From: Candidatus Uhrbacteria bacterium | Lineage (GTDB): Bacteria > Patescibacteriota > Patescibacteriia > UBA9934 > GWF2-40-263 | Assembly: GCA_013204385.1 (NCBI GenBank) | Contig: JABMNY010000003.1 | Location: forward strand, 14,270 to 78,269 | DNA length: 64,000 nucleotides | Direction of reading: 5' to 3' | In this document: piece after piece, positions 18,985 to 27,244 of the stretch | Position numbering within the stretch: the stretch's first letter is position 1 | Layout: each line of letters begins with the position of its first letter | The notes under the pieces: model-generated | What the model was told of the DNA's origin: nothing | Databases searched by the model: none | Seen by the model: only the letters and a program-made list of their open reading frames with translations | Translations under genes and position numbers: made by a program

Positions 18985-20406
18985 ATGCCCCAAAATACCG
19001 AGATCGATCAATTTCTCACGAGACCGCTTCACAAAGCGTTTCTTGTTCCAGAAGTCTATGGACTTGAACAAAGAGAAGCTCTCATCACAGCTGGATTCAA
19101 AACCAGCTTGAAGACTGCGCGCAGTGGTCACTTCGCTTTTCGTGCACTGTGCATTTACATCGGTCGTCGAGGAAACGCACGACTGCAACGATTGCAATCA
19201 GCCATCAAGATCATATTCGACTCGACCGATAAGCTCGCAAGCTTTGAAGGACGCATCGTTGATCAGATTCTGCCCATCATCGCTCCGAGCGATGTTACGG
19301 TCCATATTGATCAGACACAACGAAATGATTCGACTGGAAACGATCCGACGGAAAAAGCGCTAAACGCTTATCTTCCGATCCTGACACGATTGGCTCAGAT
19401 TTCCGGGCTCAGTGTGGAATTCCATGTTCCACAAAAAGAACGGCTTCACTCACCCCATGCATCCGACGGTGTGATCCATATCTACGCCAACGCCTGCCCA
19501 CCTGGAGAATATCAATCTTGGTATGTCGATACGGCATTTGGACTCACGATTGCTCCTGCATCAAAAGACCGGCCTGTCGGCTATGGCCCAACACAAGGAA
19601 GAGGAATTGTTCTGAAGGATGCAGATGAAAAAAATCTTGTTCAAATTCTCGAAGACACTTGGTACCTTCTCATTCCAACGCTTGGAATCTTCAATCCTTT
19701 GACGAGTGTCCAGATCTTCGAGCAATTGCTCGCGCTCGGTTGGGATGCGAAGCGCACGGGAAAGCCTACTGCCCAAAAACCTCTTCCGTGCACGAAATTT
19801 CTCCGAAAAGCTCGTACATGGATCGAACCGTTTGCGGATGGCGCTACGGAAAATGCACGCAACTGCGAAGAAGAGATCAAGCGATTGCATGCAAGGCTCG
19901 CAGAGAAAACGCGCGAACTCGTTCTCTGGAGAGGTATGGAAGAAGCTCTGAAAAAGACATCGTATTCTCGCGCAACCAAAAAACGGCTTCCAAAGGATCT
20001 TCAGATCATTCTCAATCTTCCGGATGTTGATCGCCTGGAACTCTTCGAGGATGCCATGCATGTGTGGACACGTCCTCTTGTCATCATTCATGAACTCGAG
20101 GCGTATCTCGCAGGAACTTTTGTTATTCGTCTCAACAAGGAAGGTGGTGTAACCGTGTGGAGTGAAGACTCCACCCATCCAGACGGGGTTCCTCATCCGC
20201 ATATCGCCAAGCATGGCGGTCCTTGCTTTGGAAACGCTGGAACAGCCATAGCTAAAGCTGGAGGAGAGGCGCGTTACGCAGATGCTGTAAAGCATGTCCT
20301 CACCTGGCTGATACTTGGTTACACACCAAATCTGGCAACAGTGAAAATTGAAGCATGGCCGAAAGTCCCAAGCATGGAGAACTCCGATGCAACCTCCCCC
20401 TCCTGA
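18985..20406 (+). CDS. 473-aa protein: uncharacterised N-terminal ~380 aa fused to C-terminal UBC/E2-like domain (HPH-x4-G-x-C)
   Basis: Start at MPQNTEIDQF (ORF track start 18895 is upstream alternative); C-terminal HPHIAKHGGPCFGNAG...LTWLILGYTPN resembles E2 catalytic core; GC above flanks. Confidence 0.6.
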   Translation: MPQNTEIDQFLTRPLHKAFLVPEVYGLEQREALITAGFKTSLKTARSGHFAFRALCIYIGRRGNARLQRLQSAIKIIFDSTDKLASFEGRIVDQILPIIAPSDVTVHIDQTQRNDSTGNDPTEKALNAYLPILTRLAQISGLSVEFHVPQKERLHSPHASDGVIHIYANACPPGEYQSWYVDTAFGLTIAPASKDRPVGYGPTQGRGIVLKDADEKNLVQILEDTWYLLIPTLGIFNPLTSVQIFEQLLALGWDAKRTGKPTAQKPLPCTKFLRKARTWIEPFADGATENARNCEEEIKRLHARLAEKTRELVLWRGMEEALKKTSYSRATKKRLPKDLQIILNLPDVDRLELFEDAMHVWTRPLVIIHELEAYLAGTFVIRLNKEGGVTVWSEDSTHPDGVPHPHIAKHGGPCFGNAGTAIAKAGGEARYADAVKHVLTWLILGYTPNLATVKIEAWPKVPSMENSDATSPS

Positions 20407-21052
20407 CCGTTCCATGAACTTTGATCAACAAGATGAGCTCTTTGATCCCGCACTTGCACGACCTGTTACCGTCATTGGTGCAGGGTCTGTTGGTGGTGAA
20501 GTGGTGGTCAAACTCTCTCAAATCGGAGCAGTGAATATCCAAGTTTGGGACAATGATGATGTAGCTTCACACAATATTCCTATGAGCGTCTATCGGATCA
20601 AGGACCTCGGTCGTTATAAAGTCGATGCTCTCAAGGAGATTGTAAGAGAAAAAAGTGGAATAGAGATCAGAACTCACCTGAAAAATTGGACGAGACAGCC
20701 CCTCAGGGATTCCGTCATTTGTTGTGTTGATTCCATGGATGTTCGTTGCGATGTCTGGGGGATCGTACGAGACAATCCACTCATCGATGTCTTCATTGAC
20801 ACACGGATCGCAAAAGAATTCGTCGTGGTCTATGCCATCAACCCCACAGACCCAGTACAGATCGCGTTTTACGAATCGCGATTGTACTCCTCAAGCGAAG
20901 CGGTAACGCCAACATGTGGAGACCATGGCATAACCTATGTCAGTAGTATCGCCGCCAGTGCAGCTATTGCACGATTGACGAATTCGTGGAAAGGCGGTAC
21001 AAATTCCCCACTATTTGAGATGTTGGTGGGTAACCTCCTTCAAATCACCTAG
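20387..21052 (+). CDS. ThiF/MoeB-type E1-like adenylyltransferase (short, no rhodanese domain)
   Basis: VTVIGAGSVGGEVVVKL (GxGxxG), VWDNDDVASHNIPMSVY, D..ICCVDS ThiF pattern; ATG at ~20387 has GGAG RBS and overlaps upstream gene by ~20 nt. Confidence 0.75.
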   Translation: MQPPPPDRSMNFDQQDELFDPALARPVTVIGAGSVGGEVVVKLSQIGAVNIQVWDNDDVASHNIPMSVYRIKDLGRYKVDALKEIVREKSGIEIRTHLKNWTRQPLRDSVICCVDSMDVRCDVWGIVRDNPLIDVFIDTRIAKEFVVVYAINPTDPVQIAFYESRLYSSSEAVTPTCGDHGITYVSSIAASAAIARLTNSWKGGTNSPLFEMLVGNLLQIT

Positions 21053-21090
21053 TTCATCATGAATCGATCAAAAAGTTGCAAGGAGCCCTA

Positions 21091-21339
21091 ATGTCAGCCA
21101 CAGTCACCGTACGAGTGGTTCCGCTAAGCGGAACCCCGACCGAAGTCACCGTACCATTCAAGAAGGGAATGACCGTCAATTCGGCGCTCACCGCCGCGGG
21201 GGTCTCGAGCGACAAGCGCGACCTCTCTGTCGAAGCGGCTCCGGGCCAGACCCTCAAGTCGGGTCAGACCGTCGTCGTCACGGATAAGGTCAAGGCCGGC
21301 GGGCAGGTCACTGTCCGCGAACGTCCACAGGGGTCCTGA
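21091..21339 (+). CDS. Small beta-grasp-sized protein (candidate ubiquitin-like/ThiS-like carrier) with internal GG followed by 11-aa C-terminal tail
   Basis: MSATVTVRVVPLSGTPTEVTVPFKKGMTVNSALTAAGV...TVVVTDKVKAGG|QVTVRERPQGS; AAGGAG RBS 5 nt upstream; ~60% GC. Confidence 0.5.
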   Translation: MSATVTVRVVPLSGTPTEVTVPFKKGMTVNSALTAAGVSSDKRDLSVEAAPGQTLKSGQTVVVTDKVKAGGQVTVRERPQGS

Positions 21340-21450
21340 CCCTACAACAACAAGAGTGCCGTCTCCGACACTCCGCTACGCCCCGACCCCTCATTGAGCG
21401 GTCGGTTTTATTTTTCCTTATTTGTCGGCGGCTCAGCCCCCGACCTGGTT
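21340..21450 (+). terminator. Intrinsic terminator (ccgacc-N11-ggtcgg + TTTTATTTTT) followed by conserved 34-nt module TTATTTGTCGGCGGCTCAGCCCCCGACCTGGTTG
   Basis: Module recurs as reverse complement at 35405-35452 downstream of the other high-GC orphan gene. Confidence 0.55.
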
Positions 21451-21464
21451 GGCTAAAACGTGTG

Positions 21465-22610
21465 TCATGGAAGATAGTTTGCGGGCTCGTACACATTTCG
21501 GGCATTCCACAGAATCCACCCACTTGCCCCGGCGTCACGTGCCGCTTGGATCTGTGCCTCGATCAATGTACTTGTGTACACTGCGCCAATGTCAAAATCT
21601 TGAAGCCATGGTCGCCAATGCGATCGCAGCTCCTCTTCGGTTCCCGAATACATTCCAAGCATCAAGTGTGTTCCTGAATCCAATGCCATTTTCACGATCT
21701 CATACGGATACAAAGCTGGATTTCCAAGTCCTTTAAATCCGTCTGGATAATGCGAGGGATACACCATGGGTGAAACCCAATCAGCAAAGGGAAAGACATC
21801 CGCTAAACGCTGACCGATATTATAATCATGATGGGACTCAAACGTCATGCCAAACACATCAAACGAAACAGGAATCCCTTCATCATGCATCGTCCCTCCC
21901 ACGGTTTGAAAAAATCTCTGCATCACTTCCACTTTTGTCTCGCGGTGATCATACACAGGATAGACAGTCGCGTTCACGGCGCCATCTGAAGCAAATCGCA
22001 CATAGTCATACTGAATCTCATCGAATCCCGCTTCGTAAAATCGTCGACCAAGTTCGATAGCGTAGTCTGAGACTTCTTGTGCGGAAGGATCCACCCAAAC
22101 CGATCCGATCGAATCAGTCCAATACCCTCCTCCTAACGAGCGCAGTGCCACACTTGGATGATCCCAAGCAAATGCTCCATCACGCATCACCGCGATGCGT
22201 GCGATCCGATAGATTCCTGCGTCCGCAAGACGCACCAATACTTCCCTAAAATCCTCGACCTCAAGCAGTTGTCCATTATCCATCTTCACATCAATCACTA
22301 CCGCGTTCAGCCCCGTCTCCAACATGTACTCAATCAATTGATCTGCACGTGCATTCGTTGCTGTCACAGCGGTCCAATAGATTCCACGCACTTCTTCTGG
22401 AAGAAGTACGTGCGAAGTAACTTCAACAGGGAATTCTTCTTCTACTCCCTCTTTTTCCTCAACCAGCAGTTCTTCAGGCTCTGTTTGTATCACGAGCTCA
22501 ACTTCTTTCTTTTGTTCCTGATGCATCAACATCCCGATACCCAACACAATCAAAAGCGCAGAAAACAAAAACACAGGGACGAGAAACTCGACCCTGTGTT
22601 TGGTATCCAT
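21465..22610 (-). CDS. Membrane-anchored TIM-barrel glycoside-hydrolase-like (GHL10/DUF4015-like) protein
   Basis: 381 aa; N-terminal TM; weak family recollection only. Confidence 0.45.
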   Translation of the reverse strand: MDTKHRVEFLVPVFLFSALLIVLGIGMLMHQEQKKEVELVIQTEPEELLVEEKEGVEEEFPVEVTSHVLLPEEVRGIYWTAVTATNARADQLIEYMLETGLNAVVIDVKMDNGQLLEVEDFREVLVRLADAGIYRIARIAVMRDGAFAWDHPSVALRSLGGGYWTDSIGSVWVDPSAQEVSDYAIELGRRFYEAGFDEIQYDYVRFASDGAVNATVYPVYDHRETKVEVMQRFFQTVGGTMHDEGIPVSFDVFGMTFESHHDYNIGQRLADVFPFADWVSPMVYPSHYPDGFKGLGNPALYPYEIVKMALDSGTHLMLGMYSGTEEELRSHWRPWLQDFDIGAVYTSTLIEAQIQAARDAGASGWILWNARNVYEPANYLP

Positions 22611-22611
22611 A

Positions 22612-23238
22612 TTATTGTGCGCGCTCTTCGACCGTAACGGTTGTCATGACATCTCCGACCATAATGGCATCCACGACATCCATTCCTTCAAGTACACGTC
22701 CAAAAATGGAGTAAGACTTTGGAAGTGGCACATCTCCTAACATGACAAAAAATTGCGAGCCATTTGTACTGGGTCCACGGTTTGCCATGGCGACAATTCC
22801 GCGCTCATACGTGTAATCATCTGTAAGCTCATCAGAGAATTCATAGCCTGGACCACCCGTCCCATTTCCAGCAGGATCTCCTCCTTGAATCACAAACCCC
22901 TCTTCACGTCGATGAAATTTCAGTCCAGTGTAGTATCCTCCTTCCGTTAAATATACAAAGTTAGAAACGGTCATTGGAGCCGTATCTGCAAAGAGTTCAA
23001 AAACGATATCTCCCTTTTCTGTTGAGATACGAATCTGTTTATTGGCAATCTGTTCTTCTGGAAGGGTTCCAGGAAAACTCCACGTTTGAGTTGATGTTTC
23101 GTCTTGCACAGAGTCTGGATAGCTAAAGGTGAGTGAAGATTCTTCTTGGGCAACTGGGGCACACCCAGCCCCCATTAACACGAGCGCGCTCAGAGAAATG
23201 AGTCCTAGATATTTCATAGAGTATATCCGCTGATCCAA
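22612..23238 (-). CDS. ppiB: Peptidyl-prolyl cis-trans isomerase, cyclophilin type, with signal/lipobox-like N-terminus
   Basis: FHRREEGFVIQGGDP...GIVAMANRGPSTNGSQFFVML cyclophilin signature. Confidence 0.9.
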   Translation of the reverse strand: MDQRIYSMKYLGLISLSALVLMGAGCAPVAQEESSLTFSYPDSVQDETSTQTWSFPGTLPEEQIANKQIRISTEKGDIVFELFADTAPMTVSNFVYLTEGGYYTGLKFHRREEGFVIQGGDPAGNGTGGPGYEFSDELTDDYTYERGIVAMANRGPSTNGSQFFVMLGDVPLPKSYSIFGRVLEGMDVVDAIMVGDVMTTVTVEERAQ

Positions 23239-23693
23239 TCTGTAAAACCACTCACAGAAAGAGATGGCATTTCGAAATTTCCGGGGAGTGCTGTTGAGAG
23301 CAAGAGACCAGAGAGAATCGCGATAGAGATAGAGAGGACTCCGATCAACTTATTTACCCCCATTGGCATGTGATCACAATTGCGACACGTTCCAAGAAAA
23401 ACGATTTTATGATGCACTTCTAATTTTGAACGAGATCCTGGTGCAGATTTTTCTATGATAGTCACTACAGGAACGGTCTCTTCTTCCACTTGAAATACCA
23501 GTTCAGGAGTTTTAGCTACGGGAGTTTTTTTTGCAACAGACTTTTTTGCAACAGGTTTCTTTTTTGCTCCTGCTTTTTTTGTTGTTGTTTTCTTGACGGC
23601 TGTTTTCTTTGAAACCGTTTTCTTTTTTGCAACAGGTTTCTTTACCTCCTTTGTGTTTGAAGCAGAGGAGGATGTTTTTGTTTTTGTTGGCAT
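23214..23693 (-). CDS. Lys/Ala/Pro-rich histone-H1-like N-terminal repeats fused to C-terminal TM helix
   Basis: KKPVAKKKTVSKKTAVKKTTTKKAGAKKKPVAKKSVAKK repeats; C-terminal LIGVLSISIAILSGLLL. Confidence 0.45.
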   Translation of the reverse strand: MPTKTKTSSSASNTKEVKKPVAKKKTVSKKTAVKKTTTKKAGAKKKPVAKKSVAKKTPVAKTPELVFQVEEETVPVVTIIEKSAPGSRSKLEVHHKIVFLGTCRNCDHMPMGVNKLIGVLSISIAILSGLLLSTALPGNFEMPSLSVSGFTDWISGYTL

Positions 23694-23788
23694 AGACTTC
23701 TCTCCTCACCGCTTGCACGGGAAGAATAAAGAACGTTAAGAAATTTTATTACTCACAGTATAACACACGTAAATACAGGATACCAAAC

Positions 23789-24268
23789 TTACTCAACAAG
23801 AACCCGTTCTCCCAATCCCACAAGAAGATTTCCCGCAAAACTTACCGGAGCAAAAAGTGTTTGTGTCTCAAGTACAAAAGATGTTGGGAGTGCCTCCCAA
23901 GAAAGTGTAGAACGATCAAATTGATAGACCACGACATCTTGAATCATGAGTCCTTCTTCTGTGAATTGATCGAATTCAAATGTGAGCTCCCCCTCCTGAA
24001 GGATCCCTCTCTGTGTAAACGCAAGTTCATACACGGGACTCACTGCGTGTTCAATATCTGTTGTCACTCCATCAAGACGTTCGATCACAATCACTCCTGA
24101 TTCACTTGTGACTCCTTCAAGTGAGACGATCCCGTCTTCTGAGCGTGCCTTTACTTCTTCAGGAGCAGGTCGTAGAAAAAGAAATGTACTTGCAATTAAA
24201 ACAATCGCGACCACCATCGCGACTGAAAAATTTGATTCTTTTTTTGAATTCTTACTTCCCATACCCAT
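23789..24268 (-). CDS. Hypothetical N-terminally anchored protein
   Basis: 159 aa; single TM near N-terminus. Confidence 0.4.
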   Translation of the reverse strand: MGMGSKNSKKESNFSVAMVVAIVLIASTFLFLRPAPEEVKARSEDGIVSLEGVTSESGVIVIERLDGVTTDIEHAVSPVYELAFTQRGILQEGELTFEFDQFTEEGLMIQDVVVYQFDRSTLSWEALPTSFVLETQTLFAPVSFAGNLLVGLGERVLVE

Positions 24269-24271
24269 TTA

Positions 24272-25327
24272 CTATATCACAAACGTTTCCTCCCACGGGA
24301 ACCCTTCTCGTCCAAAATGTCCGTAGGCAGCGGTTGCTCGATATACAGGCTGAAACAGATTTAACCGCTCTGTAATGGCTTCTGGTCGAAAATCAAATGT
24401 CTGCAAGAGTAGGTTTGTCAGATCTGTCTTGCTTCCTCGAGACTTCACTCCCATCCCAACTGCCTGAACATGCACAGGCTCTGCCCGACCCATCGAATAC
24501 ACAAGTGTAACCATCGCAGAGGCTACCAACCCCTGCTCCACCAAATAACGCGCCGCGTAGCGCGCCATGTACGCACCTGCACGGTCCACCTTACTTGGAT
24601 CCTTTCCAGAAAGAGATCTGTCTCCTTGTGGAATGAGCCCCCCATAGGTATCAACGGTAAGTTTGCGTCCAGACGCTCCTGAATCTGCACGGAATCCTGC
24701 ATCAATAAAAGATCCAATCGGATTGATAAAAATTTGCACGCCATCTTCTCCTACAATCGGAATCAAGAGACGCTCGAGCAACGCAGTCTTTACCTCTTTT
24801 TCTTCTATGCTCACTTGATGCGACGCAAGAACCGTCACAGAACTCACCTGTGCCCCATCCATGGTCAACTGAATTTTTCCGTCTGGTTTGAGCCAAGAAA
24901 ACATCGGATCACTTTTGCGTAGATCGTCCAGTCGTCTGGCAAGATTCTGTGCGTATACGACAGCGCGTGGCATGAGCTCGCGTGTTTCATTTGTGGCATA
25001 CCCGTTTACAACCATGTTGTCCGTCACGCCATTTGAGACGCGCTTCATTTCATCAGATTGCGTTTCGATATTCACGAACACTTCAATATCATCCTTATAC
25101 CCAATCTCTGCGTACACCTGGCGAGCAAGTGCTCCGATATCAAAGTCAGCCGTACTCGTCACCTCTCCACCAACCATCACCATCCCATGACTTCCTAATA
25201 CATTTACGTCCACGCGTGCCTGCGCGTCACGACGTAAATATTCATCCACAATGGCGTCTGCGATTTGATCACAGACTTTATCAGGCTGACCTTGAGTGAC
25301 AGATTCGACCGTTTTTTTCATACGCAA
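24272..25327 (-). CDS. metK: S-adenosylmethionine synthetase
   Basis: GQPDKVCDQIADAIVDEYL, GGGAFSGKD-like and C-terminal GHFGR motifs. Confidence 0.95.
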   Translation of the reverse strand: MRMKKTVESVTQGQPDKVCDQIADAIVDEYLRRDAQARVDVNVLGSHGMVMVGGEVTSTADFDIGALARQVYAEIGYKDDIEVFVNIETQSDEMKRVSNGVTDNMVVNGYATNETRELMPRAVVYAQNLARRLDDLRKSDPMFSWLKPDGKIQLTMDGAQVSSVTVLASHQVSIEEKEVKTALLERLLIPIVGEDGVQIFINPIGSFIDAGFRADSGASGRKLTVDTYGGLIPQGDRSLSGKDPSKVDRAGAYMARYAARYLVEQGLVASAMVTLVYSMGRAEPVHVQAVGMGVKSRGSKTDLTNLLLQTFDFRPEAITERLNLFQPVYRATAAYGHFGREGFPWEETFVI

Positions 25328-25459
25328 TGTTGCCTCAGGTTAACAAAATTTTGACCGCTTGTCATCGCATAGAGTGGGGATGAGTTCGGGATAATTGCCT
25401 GAACCCTTGATCTTTTTGTATTTCTAAGCTATGTTCTAGCGTTCTTTGGAGGATGGAAC

Positions 25460-26008
25460 ATGTTAGACACAGGAACTCTGCGACTTAAATTCATCGCTCT
25501 CATCAACCGAGGGTCTGATGGACTCGACTTGGGTGCAGGTGATGGCCGTTGGGCATTCGTCGCCTCAAGTAAACAAGCTCGTGTCACAGCCATTGACCGC
25601 CAACCATCACCAGATTCGCTTCCAATCGGAATGCGATGGATTCAAGCAGATGTGTGTAATGGTCTCTCAAGCTTCTTGGAATCAAACCATTCAGGTTTTG
25701 ACTTCATGATGTGCTGGAACCTCATTCAGTTCCTTCCCCACGACTACGTGACAGACAATCTGCTTCCAAGCCTCGCTCAGTACGCACGACCCAACTGTGT
25801 GCTGGGTCTACGGACATTCTGGCGCAACCCAATTCCCGGTTTTGCAAATCCTGTCCCCTCACTCTATAGAACCAATGAACTTGTCAGGAGTCTGAAGGGT
25901 TGGGACATCATTCACAAGGAAGAAATCGAAGGTGATGGCCCAAGTCTCGATGGGACAACCATGCGTCACTGGTATTTCACCGACATCATCGCTCGCTTCC
26001 CCTCATAG
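25460..26008 (+). CDS. Class I SAM-dependent methyltransferase
   Basis: motif I LDLGAGDGRWAFV; 182 aa; slightly elevated GC. Confidence 0.6.
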   Translation: MLDTGTLRLKFIALINRGSDGLDLGAGDGRWAFVASSKQARVTAIDRQPSPDSLPIGMRWIQADVCNGLSSFLESNHSGFDFMMCWNLIQFLPHDYVTDNLLPSLAQYARPNCVLGLRTFWRNPIPGFANPVPSLYRTNELVRSLKGWDIIHKEEIEGDGPSLDGTTMRHWYFTDIIARFPS

Positions 26009-26118
26009 AGATACTCTCCTCTCACACCTACCACTTGGTAGGTTTTTATATTGACAATCTCCTTCAAAATGTGTACCGTCAGCCTCCACTCCCTCCCCCA
26101 TCCTTATGGAGTTGAAAC

Positions 26119-26943
26119 ATGTTTGCTCTTCTCACACTTGCTTCACGAGCTGCTCAGATGGGTGGAAGATCTCTTGTAGACTTCCGTACGCGTGGTCTCT
26201 CCCTAGAGACCACGAAAAAGCCTGATGGCACGCTCGTCACAGAGGCAGACGCTCGAGCGTCTCGAATCATTCAACGGGTCTTGAAGGCTGGCGATCCTTA
26301 TGCATTCATCCTTGATGAGGAGGCTGTAAACACACATGACCTCGAGCGCCCTAAGTACTTCTGGATCGTGGATCCACTCGATGGAACAAGTGCGTTTATC
26401 GAAGGAGCCGACACCTTCTGTACAATGATCGCACGCATGCAAGGGAATATCCCTGTATTGGGAGTGATCTACTTCCCTGTGAGCAACACGCTCTTCTGGG
26501 GTGGGTACCGACAAGGTGCGTGGATGAAAGTCGGTGATCAACCAGCGAGAGAACTTTCTGGTCGACGCATCCAGCTCATGGAGCAGGTGCGTATGACCAC
26601 CCCCACAAAAGTTGTGACGCGCGCCCTTTTCATGCGCATCGCTCAATCGCTCAATGTTCAAGCGGTTGAGATCGACCAACCGTCTGGTGGTCTCTATACC
26701 GGCATACTCAACAATGGACATGACCTTGTTATCACTCGACCTGGTAGACCAGCCGTCTGGGATACCGCTGCAGGCCACGCCATCCTCCTTGCTGCTGGCG
26801 GGAAGATCGTCGATTTGCATGGCGACCCACTCAACTACCAAGAAGGCACTCACTTGAAATACGGATCCGTCGCCGTGATCGATCCGAGTCTTCTTCCTGT
26901 GATCCTGCACCAACTTCCTCCTCGCAACGAACTCATCCCTTGA
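26119..26943 (+). CDS. Inositol monophosphatase / CysQ-family 3'(2'),5'-bisphosphate nucleotidase
   Basis: WIVDPLDGTSAF, DEEAV.. metal-binding motifs. Confidence 0.8.
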   Translation: MFALLTLASRAAQMGGRSLVDFRTRGLSLETTKKPDGTLVTEADARASRIIQRVLKAGDPYAFILDEEAVNTHDLERPKYFWIVDPLDGTSAFIEGADTFCTMIARMQGNIPVLGVIYFPVSNTLFWGGYRQGAWMKVGDQPARELSGRRIQLMEQVRMTTPTKVVTRALFMRIAQSLNVQAVEIDQPSGGLYTGILNNGHDLVITRPGRPAVWDTAAGHAILLAAGGKIVDLHGDPLNYQEGTHLKYGSVAVIDPSLLPVILHQLPPRNELIP

Positions 26944-26947
26944 TGAA

Positions 26948-26985
26948 ACGCTCGCTCAGCCCACTTGGACTGAGCGTTTTTTATT
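26948..26985 (+). terminator. Intrinsic terminator after IMPase-family gene
   Basis: cgctcagcccacttggactgagcg + TTTTTTATT. Confidence 0.7.
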
Positions 26986-27042
26986 ATCCATCTTTGTCTC
27001 CCAACAACGATACAAAACGTGTGTGTGAAATTTTGGAGAAAT

Positions 27043-27224
27043 GGTGGTGGTCAAGGTATTGCAAGACTTGGCCTGGCTCCACCATTCGTCAGTAAATTCT
27101 CTCTCTTCTAGCAACACTCAACAGGGTGGAAATAAATTTAGGTGTGCCGGTGGTAGTCAAGATATTGTAAGACTTGGCCCGGTTCCGCCGAAGCACCTCA
27201 ATTTATTTCCACCCTGTTGAGTTA
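27043..27224. repeat. Two related ~41-nt hairpins (conserved loops TATTGYAAGA) with the second embedded in a 22-bp long-range inverted repeat
   Basis: ggtggtggtcaaggtattgcaagacttggcctggctccacc vs ggtggtagtcaagatattgtaagacttggcccggttccgcc; actcaacagggtggaaataaatt / aatttatttccaccctgttgagt. Confidence 0.5.
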
Positions 27225-27244
27225 TCCCCACCCCACCCCTTGCG

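Noticed and set aside
19561-20415. 284-aa minus-strand ORF plus other internal ORFs (19641-19979, 19659-20030, 19706-19951)
   Set aside because: All lie inside or antisense to the E2-like gene in a high-GC segment; no expression signals.
26203-26913. 236-aa minus-strand ORF
   Set aside because: Antisense to the IMPase/CysQ-family gene with metal-binding motifs.
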